A stretch of 46,966 bases of DNA, taken from Octopus bimaculoides (lineage: Eukaryota). Under the pieces are notes generated by a model, which did not search any database, was not told the origin of the DNA, and saw only the letters and a program-made list of their open reading frames with translations. The position numbers were made by a program, and so were the translations under genes. The first letter of the stretch is position 1. Each line of letters starts with the position of its first letter. Positions 36,790 to 46,966 of the stretch are shown here, one piece after another. The stretch spans positions 172,808,893 through 172,855,858 of the forward strand of contig NC_068982.1 of assembly GCF_001194135.2 (NCBI RefSeq), written 5' to 3'.

Positions 36790-37016
36790 AAGGCGGCAAG
36801 CCCTCTAAATTGCAAAGCACGCCAGACAAAATTCTTAGCGAAATTTCTTCCTGCTCTTTACGTTTCAAGTTCAAATTTCACCAATATCAACTTTGCTTTC
36901 CATCCTTTCAAGGTCAATAGAACAAGTGGTCAGTCAAGCACTTGGGGTGATGTAATCAGCTGGTCCGTATCCAACAAAAATTTCATACCTTGTGCCTATA
37001 GTAGAAAGAATTTATT
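36790..37016 (+). mobile_element. SINE family C, diverged
   Basis: aagttcaaatttcaccaatatcaactttgctttccatcctttcaaggtcaataga...ccttgtgcctatagtagaaag. Confidence 0.75.
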
Positions 37017-37063
37017 TTGTTGGGCAGATTACGTATTATCCCCATGTTTTAAATTTACTAGTA

Positions 37064-37098
<35 letters not shown>

Positions 37099-37780
37099 GA
37101 CATTAGAATATAATAATTATTGCACATCTATAATGAATCTTCCCACTTCTTTTTATGCAATCCTTCACATTCTTTGTGTTGTTTTTCAAATCACCAAACA
37201 ATTAGTCAATCTAATAATGGACAAACCAGCAGATATCTCATGGTTTATATTGTTCTGCAGTCACAGAAAAGGAAACCACATTATATTATATCTCCCATGT
37301 CTCTGGTTATGTTGATTTGGTTGAAATATTTCAATTAATTGCATGTAAGTTTGTCCATTGACAAAATTTTGCTGGTTACATTTTCATATCTGACATGGGC
37401 AGAATAGCATTTCTTTCTTCTTTTTTTTTCCCCTTATCCACAACGGAACGTGAGTAGATACTTTAAAAACATGGTTATAGAGTACATGAATAACTTGAAA
37501 TAGATAGTTGAAATTCGAAAGAAACTCTGAAGTCTTGAGTTACGATGATAGTGTTGTCTCTGAAATATCAGCAATATAAATATCTTATTTGAGAGTGAGT
37601 AGAATAAAGTGTTTATTAATTTGTATTGTACATGTTATTACCTTATCTAAATAGATACACACTAAGAACCGGAATCCACTGAAATTGTTGGTGGTTTGCA
37701 TCGACAAAAATTAATCTGAACTTTTTTCCATGAACTCTGACATAGATACAGAGTACTTCAATGCTGTAATACAACAATTG

Positions 37781-37811
<31 letters not shown>

Positions 37812-38335
37812 CTATAAATGTATGTTGCTATATTCATCTTATCTCATATTTCACCCTTCACCCTCATCTCAGGGTTAACCAAAGAACAGAAACATAATTG
37901 ATGATACACACACACACACACGTACCCTGTCATCTCCCCCACTTACGTGCGCACTTTTCTCCTCCTTTCCCCTTCCCCACTCTCCAGCTCTAGCAGTCAT
38001 TTTACAGTCAATGTCAGTACAATTCCTTTGGTAAATATCAGAACCTTAATCATGATTTTAATATTTCCTGTTGGCTTAATTCTTCTTTGATCTTCGTGCT
38101 TATTCTTGTTGCTGCCTGTATGTCTGTTTGCCTCATGTCTTAGACACACACACACACACATGTGTAAGTGTGATCTGGGTTCTTTGATGTGATGGTTCTT
38201 CATATTGTCTTCCTGTATATGATTGTGTTTTGACTTTCCTGCATTGTTCTTAACTTGTATTTGTTGTGTATATGGGACTTCACTATTTGCTCTAATGGTT
38301 GAATGTTTGACTTTAGTGTGTGTGTGTGTGTGTTA

Positions 38336-38366
<31 letters not shown>

Positions 38367-39031
38367 GTTCTCAACACACATACACACATTAGTAACTTGT
38401 TGACCTAATAGTGTGGTGACATGGTGGGATGGTGTATAGTTCTGTGACAACACACTCTTTTCAGGAATCGTCTTAGTGGTAGTACCAGCAGAAATAATAA
38501 CAATCGCCCTATCTACCTACCTACCTACCTACCTACCTACCCAATCCTTTTTCAACTTTATCTCTTCGCTCTCCTTTTGAGGATTTCTTTGTGAAAATGT
38601 GCTACATTTTCTTAGGTTAGATAGATTTAGCTGTGGAAGCTAGATTAGAGTAAGGAGTATGAACATGTCTGATAAGAAGAGCTTAGCTTTCAAAGGGTTT
38701 TGTTTTACCCACAATATAAGCTATTGTTTAACCCCGAAAGACAACCATGACAAAACAGTCTTCTCCTTGACTCAGACACAAAGTATCTAGGCCTACATTT
38801 GCTACTGTGTCCTCCTCTCTTTCAAGATGGTTGGATGTTATTTGAAGGAGATTCAGCTACCAATGCTAGCGGGGTGACCCACCATGAAGAACCCCACTCC
38901 ACCTCATTAGCCCATTAGCTAGCTCCAAGATCAGCCCCTGATTTAGCAAAAGGTGTCAGGCAGTAGGACTGTACCCAGAACCATGTGGTTGGGAAGCAAG
39001 CTTCTTACCACACAGCCATGCCTGTGCCTAT

Positions 39032-39037
39032 AAAAAA
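39032..39037 (-). terminator. RNA polymerase III T6 terminator
   Basis: TTTTTT two bases after the tRNA 3' end. Confidence 0.75.
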
Positions 39038-39039
39038 TC

Positions 39040-39102
39040 AGCCCCATGTGAGGATCGAACTCACGACCTTCAGATTCCTCTTGTTTGGGACACAATTATG
39101 AG
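39040..39102 (-). pseudogene. tRNA-Met(CAT): Truncated intron-containing tRNA-Met(CAT): anticodon loop, 21-nt intron and complete 3' half
   Basis: Minus strand reads CT-CAT-A [attgtgtcccaaacaagagga] ATCTGAAGGTCGTGAGTTCGATCCTCACATGGGGCT, then gaTTTTTT. The 3' exon (36 nt, positions 38-73) matches eukaryotic elongator tRNA-Met almost exactly. No D-arm or 5' acceptor strand is present upstream. Confidence 0.9.
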
Positions 39103-39383
39103 GTCTAGTAATTATCATACATGGTTCAAAAACAAACTTCTTAACCACACAACCATGCCTGCGTGCACACACACACACACACAAATACACACACACACAC
39201 AAATACACACACACACACATATATATAGTACTCTTATCTGTTTTGAAGTTCAGTCAACTGTGAAGTTGATTGCACAACTCTCTTTAGATCCAAAACCTTT
39301 TTACGTCATACTTGACACATAATCACATTCTGTGCTGTTCTGGTACAAAGGTTTGCTGAACACTTTTGTTTCATGCCATAAAA

Positions 39384-39429
<46 letters not shown>

Positions 39430-40328
39430 ACATACACACAGTCTTAACAACATAGTCATGTTTGACTTGTGAATGACGTTTGGTTTCATTATCGAGTCTC
39501 TCTTCACCTCTCCTTCTTTCGGATGGGGCTTCGATAAGTTAAGTTGCATGTGTGTATCACATCTCATTCCATTGCCATCACTATTCTGCTGTCTATACAT
39601 TTTGTGGTTCTGTACCGATGTAAAAAAAAAAAATATATATATATATATCAATTTGTATATATAATCCATAATATATATAACTTTCTTTCTTTCTTTTTTT
39701 TTTTTGCTTTTGAAATTTATTTTTCATTGCAATGCATGTTTATTAAAGCAAATGATCAAAGAATGTAAAGAAGGAGAGAAACAACTAAAGAAACTGGGCC
39801 AATACTTAAAAACAAAAAGAGGTTTTTATTGTTCTTTTAAGTTTTTGGTCTTATCTATATGTTTACATTCNNNNNNNNNNNNNNNNNNNNNNNNNNNNNN
39901 NNNNNNNNNNNNNNNNNNNNNNNNNNNNNNNNNNNNNNNNNNNNNNNNNNNNNNNNNNNNNNNNNNNNNNNNNNNNNNNNNNNNNNNNNNNNNNNNNNNN
40001 NNNNNNNNNNNNNNNNNNNNNNNNNNNNNNNNNNNNNNNNNNNNNNNNNNNNNNNNNNNNNNNNNNNNNNNNNNNNNNNNNNNNNNNNNNNNNNNNNNNN
40101 NNNNNNNNNNNNNNNNNNNNNNNNNNNNNNNNNNNNNNNNNNNNNNNNNNNNNNNNNNNNNNNACCCCACCCCACCCCCCTCATAGCAGGACACCTTTCC
40201 GCAGAAGGTTGCAAACAAACAGCATCATTTGTTTGACAGTGATGCTCAATTATTTTTACAACTGTCACACAATGTCAAGAGCCGAACATGCATACAAATG
40301 CAAACACACACACACACACACACACATA

Positions 40329-40491
40329 CGGTGGGCTTCTTTTAGTTTCCAGCTTGCAAATCCACTCACAAGGCCTTTGGTGACTCAAGGCTAAGGTACA
40401 AGACATTTGCCCATGGTGTCATACTGTGGAACTGAATTTTAAACCATGTTGTCGTGAAACAAACTTCTTATAACAGAACCATGCCTTTGCC
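40329..40491 (-). mobile_element. SINE family A, 5' half
   Basis: caaatccactcacaaggcctttgg...agacatttgccca...aaacaaacttctta...catgcctttgcc. Confidence 0.8.
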
Positions 40492-40856
40492 TTCTATGAA
40501 AATGAAAATAATGTAGATTTAGAATATTAATTAACACAATAAGTTCTAGTCATGTCTACATGTAATTTAGAGAAGTATTTCAGTGATATTACACTGAACT
40601 GGTGATAATATATCAGAAAAAAAAAATGACAAAGATGTTTGCAAGTAATGAACTGTTTGTTGCAGTACTATTCTACATATATCTCATTGGAAGTCTAGTC
40701 AGACTGCCTCCTATCGCTTCTCTATAGTATGTTCCACTAGAATTAACAATGGATAATTCTTTCCAGTAACTGATAAATCTCTCTGATCTTTACTAACTAT
40801 TAAATAATGACGTGTGTGTGTTTTAACATAAGAGTGGGGTTCTTTCACAGACTCAC

Positions 40857-40884
40857 ATCTCAGTAGGCCCTCTGGAGCTTTTGA
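40857..40884 (-). CDS. Candidate 28-nt microexon
   Basis: gctaaatcatttttgtttccccag|TCAAAAGCTCCAGAGGGCCTACTGAGAT|gtgagt. It reads SKAPEGLLR, phase 0 in and phase 1 out. Confidence 0.45.
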
Positions 40885-41389
40885 CTGGGGAAACAAAAAT
40901 GATTTAGCTAGTGGAGTTTGGCGTTATGATGATGATGTCTATAAAACGACATAAGAGCTGCTAACTATGCATAGTTTACTAAAGATTTATGTTCTGGAAC
41001 ACTGGTGGAATCCGGCTTAATGTCATGAGAGAGAGAGATAGAGCCAGAGATTATTTTATGTGCGTAAGTGAAAAATATGTACACAGAATGGAGGACTACA
41101 GATGAATAGGGCAACAAATACATAGCTGGATAAACACACACACACACACACACACACATATATGCATATTGATAGGAAGGTAGGCAGACACATTAACTTG
41201 TAAAGTCATAGAATAACAGATAGGTGGATGAATGTGACCTCTGGTATAGTAAGTAAATAGTTCTTTTTCATATCTTGCAGTTTTGTGCCAGAGTGTTTTT
41301 TTAAGATAGATGCGATTCTGGGGAAAGTTTACTCTCTTCACACCATATTCAGTATACTTCCATTTTTCTGAGAAACCATTTGAATATAT

Positions 41390-41862
41390 GCGTATCGAAA
41401 TCGAGTTAAATTCGACGACTGGCACCCATGCCAACATCGTCTCCTTCATTGGACACGAAACTCAGCTTGCGAAGATTTATTGGGGCAAGCGAAAGCGAAA
41501 TTGTGATGGCACCTGTGCCCAGCATCGCCTTTCTGGCACTTGTGCCCGCAGCATGTGTAAGGACTTTCGAGCGAGGTCGTTGCCAGTGCCCCTAGACTGG
41601 CTCTTGTGCGGGTGGCACATAAAATACACCATTTTGAGCGTGGCCGTTGCCAGTACCACCTGACTGGCCTTCGTGCCGGTGGCGCATAAAAGCACCCTCT
41701 ACACTCTCTGAGTGGTTGGCGTTAGGAAGGGCATCCAGCTGTAGAAACTCTGCCAAATCAGATTGGAGCCTTGTGTAGCCATCTGGTTTCACCAATCCTC
41801 AGTCAAATCGTCCAACCCATGCTAGCATGGAAAACGGACGTTAAACGACGATGATGATGATG
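41390..41862 (+). mobile_element. SINE family B, longest copy (RTE-related, Ceph-like bipartite element with (GAT)n tail)
   Basis: Contains ggttggcgttaggaagggcatccagctgtagaaactctgcca and ends aaaacggacgttaaacgacgatgatgatgatg. The RTE 5'UTR/Ceph-domain resemblance is from memory. Confidence 0.9.
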
Positions 41863-43357
41863 TATGTATATCTGGGTTATTTAAATCAGCTTATACATAC
41901 ATATATATATGCATTCACACTGTTTTGTTGTGCATGCATTCTGATAAAATATGTATCTGTTTGCATATGCACTAGTGTGTGTGTGTGTGTGTGTGAATAC
42001 CTTCTATGAAAATAATAATACCACATTGCATACATTTTAATATATGCACATCTGTGTACATACATAAGTACATATACACCTGAGTAGGTGTATAAGTGTA
42101 TGTATGACACCTCTCTCTTTTTCTCATACACACGTACATGATAACAAGCAATGATTATATGCTGTCCATTGCTATTCTGTCCACACACACACACACACAC
42201 ACACACACAATTACAAAGATAACGGTTGTTCAACATTTAAAATGTTGTTGTTATCATTTAATAAGTATTATTTTGGCAGAACACAAAAGTATTATAATCA
42301 TCATCATCATTACACAGCTGCCATTAACAGTTATCTCTGTCATCATCATCGTCATCGTCATCATCATCATCATCAATTCATTGTTGTTCTTTCTTTCTTT
42401 TTAAAATCTTTGTTGTTGTTGCTATTTCAAGATTCTTTTGAAATTTGAAAACTCCATTATACACAATTGTGTCGTGTGTGTGTTTATCTATGTATTTGTG
42501 TGTTTAAATGTGTGACTGCAATTTTACTGTCACCTATTTCATTACTAAACTTTGTGTGGACATAGGCAACACCCAACATTTATAATAATAATGATGATAA
42601 TGATGATGATGATTGCAATGATAATATATTTTCCGTAAGCTATGTAATATTATTTCTATTGAGTGTATATGGGTGTGAGATGCCTTCAGTGTATGTATGG
42701 TGTGTATTTACTTTTCTTGATTTTACTCATAGTATCTCTTTTTTTTTCTCTCTCTCTCTCTCTTCTCTTTATTCATTTTTCTTTTTTCTACTCTTTTAGT
42801 TCTTTTGAGTAAACAATGTGGAATAATTCTTAACCATTTAGTGAAACAACATCAAATCAACAGCATCGCCGTCATCACCACTAGCACAGTGATAAGTGAA
42901 CCATTTGTGATACTCACTAATACAACTATTACGAACACTATCAGCACCATTGCAACCATTAGTGATATTATCATCAGCATCACAGGAACCATTACAACAC
43001 TATCGCTAACATTAGCAACACTATCAGCCTCACCATAACCATTAATGACATCATCATCACTGCAACAACCATTAGCAACACTATCAGCCATTAATTAGCA
43101 TTACAACCAAGAGACACACCAGTGTAGTATCTTCTATGAGGTTGTTTAACCTCTGAGAAATAGCAACTAAATCTCCTTTGAATTACGTCTTACCTGAAAA
43201 ATAAAATTTCAAAAAGAAAAAAAGTTTAAATAGCATGTTTTGACCAAAGGGGACTCAAAGTTAGTTAATACCTGTCACATGTTCCTACTCTTCATTGCAC
43301 TGTTTTAGAGACAAATTTATAGGAGTTGAAGAATGCTGCTACTACTTAACTCCATAC

Positions 43358-43479
43358 CTCCTGATCGATGAACTTTTCTTGTAACTTTAACAAATCTTGC
43401 ATTATATAATGTATCTTTGAACAAGTTATTTCTCTACATCTCTCACATCTTGCCCAAAAATAGTAGGTTTTATAACCAG
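43358..43479 (-). CDS. Candidate 122-nt exon
   Basis: gttctccctag|CT...GAG|gtatgg. It reads (x)GYKTYYFWARCERCREITCSKIHYIMQDLLKLQEKFIDQE and ends in phase 0, fitting the 40884 exon. Confidence 0.45.
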
Positions 43480-44365
43480 CTAGGGAGAACATGTCCAACA
43501 GAGGAAGAAACTAGATCTTGTTCTATGTGTTTTCTCTCTTTGGGGTGTTATAGTCACAAAATTGATTTAAGCTGTATAATTATCTGAGAGGGCAGACTGT
43601 GGTCTGTTATGTAAATATTTGAGAGTAGGCTATTAGAACAGGATACTCCCACTCGAAAAAGACTAAGGTTATGACAAGAAACAAAAAGTGAATGCTTTGT
43701 TTGGCACAGATGACTTGCTCTAGTTGATTTGATGATGGGAGCTACTTGACATCAAGAGCACACTAACTTTTGTTTAGTTGTTATTCATGCTCACTCAGTG
43801 TAGCAGCTAAACCGATCTTTATCAAATGCTGATGGCTTGTGAAGAAGTATACAAGGGGGGGGGGGGGGATAGACATAATATATCAATAAAATTCTAAATC
43901 TCAAGGATTAAGATAACATATACAGAAACAGGTGGTCAAAGGATAGAATCCACTATTGAATGGTGACTATTCAAATCTTGCTACCTTCTCGGTCATTTCA
44001 TAGTTAACCTGATCTGGGCTGTTTGTCTTTAGTTAACATCTTCAAAATGATCATTAGTATTTGCTGTTTTCTCTACATGTTTCACTGTTGCTTTCATAGA
44101 AAGATAAATAGGCAGACATGTTAGTCACTTTCCTTATCCAATGTTTCCTCTTAACCAACTAAGAAAAAATCCATTATACATTATTCGTATGTGATTTTTA
44201 TATTTTTTCTAACTTCACGTCTGTGTTTTGTATACATACACATGTGCGCATGCACATATGAAGATATGCGTATATTGTACGTACTCATGTAAAAGTTGAT
44301 TATTTTTAAACATACCTTTAGGTTAAATTCCAAAGTTTGATTGTTATTCGGTTATTACTTTAGAG

Positions 44366-44622
44366 AAATCATTCTCAACCCTTTCTTTTCCTATTATGGA
44401 CCTCTTTGATCCTTATTTTAGTCTACTGGACCTTCAGAGCCATTTAGTGTTTAAATAGTCTTATATTTCTATAATCAAATATTATTAGGAATTGTATAAA
44501 AAATTTTTTTTAATATTTTGCATATTGTAGAAATATAAGCAATTTATTGCACATAAGTTTTAACAATAAAATCTCATGTGGACCTCCAAGGGTCATGTAG
44601 GACCCTCAGTTGAGAAACATTG
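44366..44622. mobile_element. hAT-like MITE with an exact 8-bp TSD
   Basis: ctttagag at 44358-44365 and 44623-44630; ends aaatcattctcaacc and gttgagaaacattg. Confidence 0.85.
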
Positions 44623-44630
44623 CTTTAGAG

Positions 44631-45168
44631 CAGGTATGGGGATAACTTTTTGATGTGGTGGGCAAAAATTTCCAAAGTAAAAAGGTCTGCGAGCGGGTCA
44701 CAAGTTCTAACTCTTATATCTATGTAAATCTTGTATATATCTATGTATAATTTGAGACACATCAATAAAGATAAGTTTAATGCATTAAATTAATGCGTAA
44801 CAACTTCATTAACTGCTGCCACTGAATTTAAGACGTTTATATTACTTATGAGATATTCTATATTTTTCGGCAAGAGTGTAGTTGGGTCTGAAGGGTGTGG
44901 GGTACAAACCTAGCAATATGTGTTTTATAACGTAAACGAAATTTCCATTCAAATGGCAATTACGGAACAATTTTCTGATTGAGTCTAACCATTTTAAGTC
45001 ACAGTGGAAACACTGACCTATGTCGCAAATAGGCATATGCGTATTGTATAATTTTCACAATTGAAAAATTGACCATATTTTGTATATATGAGTATACCAG
45101 CTTGTGGGCGCTATAAAATATGCTCGCGGGCGCAATTGCACCCACGGGCGGGTGTTTCACCACCCTTA
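44631..45168. mobile_element. Second hAT-like MITE abutting the first
   Basis: Left end caggtatggggataac, right end gtttcaccaccctta, GC-rich subterminal gcgggcgcaattgcacccacgggcgg. Flanked by ctttagag and ttttagac (6 of 8 identical). Confidence 0.7.
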
Positions 45169-45201
45169 TTTTAGACATACTGAAATTCAATGTACAATAT
45201 A

Positions 45202-45596
45202 GGCGCACGAGTGGCTGTGTGGTAAGTAGTTTGCTTACCAACCACATGGTTCTGGGTTCAGTCCCACTGCGTGGCACCTTCGGCTGTCTTCTACTATAGC
45301 CTCGGGCCGACCAAAGCCTTGTGAGTGGATTTGGTTAGACAGAAACTGAAAGAAGCCCATCGTATATATATGTGTGTGTGTGTGTGTTTATGTGTCTGTG
45401 TTTGTCCCCCTACCATCGCTTGACAACTGATACTGGTGTGTTTACATCCCCGTAACTTAGCGGGTCGGCAAAAAGAGACCGATAGAATAAGTACTAGGCT
45501 TACAAAGAATAAGTCCTGGGGTCGATTTTCTCGACTAAAGGCGGTGCTCCAGCATGGCCGCAGTCAAATGACTGAAACAAGTAAAAGAATAAAAGA
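45202..45596 (+). mobile_element. SINE family A, best-preserved full-length copy
   Basis: tRNA-like head (gtggctgtgtggtaag, ggttcagtcc), body, internal TA/TG tract and tail gcatggccgcagtcaaatgactgaaacaagtaaaagaataaaaga. It is probably one of the known octopus tRNA/CORE SINEs, but the identity was not checked. Confidence 0.92.
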
Positions 45597-45940
45597 GGAA
45601 TACAAAGTACTGTATTGGCTGTAGAACCCTATGTGATTTCTTAAGATAAAATTTCACAAATGCCCTGTGCATTATTACCGTAGATAACACTACTATGAAT
45701 ATAAATGATTTTGCAATGTAGCTTATATCATTAATTCTGGTGCGGTTTCTTTGGTAATGAACTTGAGAAACCCGTAATCTAATTATTTGTGTGATTTGTA
45801 CATTAGAATGCATAACAAGCAAGATAACATTTCCTTACTGTAACTGCACAGCATAATCCCTCAACCATCAAAAGTTGCATAACTAGGATTTACTATTACA
45901 TGGCTTAATGTGAGCATATACAGTGTGCGTGTGTGTATGC

Positions 45941-45984
<44 letters not shown>

Positions 45985-46759
45985 NNNNNNNNNNNNNNNN
46001 NNNNNNNNNNNNNNNNNNNNNNNNNNNNNNNNNNNNNNNNNNNNNNNNNNNNNNNNNNNNNNNNNNNNNNNNNNNNNNGTGTGTGTGTGTGTGTGTGAAC
46101 CGCATATGTAATTTTTTTTTTTTTTCTTTCTGTTGCTGCTCCTCTTTCTTTCTCCTTTTCTTGGCAATCCTTGTTTGAGATTTTTTTTTTTTTTTTAACA
46201 ATACACTCTTTTTGTTTTCAAATACAAGCCTGTCCCACATACTCTTTCCTGAGTATTATTATTAAATTCTTTTAATGACGAGAAAAAATAACAAACAACC
46301 ACGTGGGTGGATATTCCAAGTTTTCACAAGGTACGTTTGTTCTCAAGGATCAAAACTAAAGATAATGAATTCTGATAGCACAAGTCGTTTGTCTATTTCA
46401 AAATAGCTCATGTATATATTAGCATAGCCTATTATAGACGTTGCATATGACTTTAATAGACTGTTTTAAAGTGTACATTTCATTTGTACACAATGGAAAC
46501 TCACACAAAACATTTTGTATAGGTATTTGCGCACATACACATATTCACACATGCACACGTGGTACTTTTTGGCTATCTCAACCCCATTCGAAAATTGGCT
46601 CATCTCCCCTGTTTTATGAGAAATATTGGTACTTTTGTTCATCTCCCTCAGCAAAAAAAAAAAAATTGTTTAACCCTCAATAAACCAAATAAAAAAAAAT
46701 AAAAAATCAATAAACATGAAAACTGAAAAAATTAAACATCGTATTGAATGTGATAAGTG

Positions 46760-46957
46760 GGGAGATAACCCAATTTTTTAATGGCCATTTTTTAATGGGG
46801 GTGAGACAACCAGAAAGTACCGCACACGTCTGTGCATCATGATCGTCGTCATCATATCATTTAGATGTCTATATATAGGTCAAAAGACATTCATTGAGGC
46901 AGATTTTCGGTACTTTATGGTTATCTCACCCCCCATTAAAAAATTGGGTTATCTCCC
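46760..46957. mobile_element. Small MITE with about 50-bp inverted repeats (mariner-like CGAGGG end)
   Basis: gggagataacccaattttttaatgg...gggtgagacaaccagaaagtaccg is mirrored by cggtactttatggttatctcaccccccattaaaaaattgggttatctccc. Confidence 0.85.
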
Positions 46958-46966
46958 TCGTTTTAT

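Larger units (their letters stand above)
38950..39165 (-). mobile_element. Two SINE family A head fragments (39120-39165 and 38950-39028) flanking the tRNA remnant
   Basis: gcaggcatggttgtgtggttaagaagtttg and caggcatggctgtgtggtaagaagcttgcttcccaaccacatggttctggg. Confidence 0.8.

Noticed and set aside
39103-39133. A full-length functional tRNA-Met gene
   Set aside because: The 31 nt upstream of the anticodon loop cannot form the acceptor, D or anticodon stems with the 3' half.
40985-41063. Plus-strand candidate exon FMFWNTGGIRLNVMRERDRARDYFMC|gtaagt
   Set aside because: Weak acceptor, includes a GA microsatellite, and has no phase-compatible partner exons that I could find.
42805-43091. Thr/Ile-rich and Val/Met-rich ORFs with a repeated cattagcaacactatcagcc
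   Set aside because: Degenerate (CAT/CAC)n low-complexity DNA with a local duplication and no splice support.
2674-46683. Most ORFs in the supplied track (YIYI, CVCV, THTH, SLSL, ERER, poly-X)
   Set aside because: They are translations of dinucleotide microsatellites or N-gaps, which lack stop codons by construction.
1-46966. CRISPR array, operon or other prokaryotic system
   Set aside because: No regularly spaced repeat-spacer array and no prokaryotic gene organisation. The window is eukaryotic intron-like DNA.

Overview
AT-rich, microsatellite-dense animal DNA with nine N-gaps. The repeat repertoire suggests an octopus or other coleoid cephalopod (inferred, not searched). Most of the window is intron-like: simple repeats, four recurring SINE-like families (labelled A-D here), DNA-transposon MITEs (piggyBac-, hAT- and Tc1/mariner-like), two short Penelope/retrozyme-like remnants, and an RTE-clade reverse transcriptase fragment at the left edge. 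Almost all supplied ORFs are microsatellite artefacts. By reading splice signals I found a chain of phase-compatible minus-strand exons (43479-43358, 40884-40857, 29528-29333, 28853-28819, 21506-21482, then 6118-6069 and 1280-880), with a possible alternative first exon at about 34652. I cannot name the protein, and the link between 21482 and 6118 is unresolved. The most unusual items are: (1) two minimal type I hammerhead-ribozyme-like motifs, one with a compensatory U3-A8 core pair; (2) the 3' half of an intron-containing tRNA-Met(CAT) with its Pol III terminator, fused behind a SINE head that supplies an A box; (3) two hAT MITEs stacked at one 8-bp target site; (4) a foldback MITE with CCAAT boxes in both arms inside a CpG-retaining domain. 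All gene and RNA-function calls are by-eye inferences that need transcript or biochemical tests.
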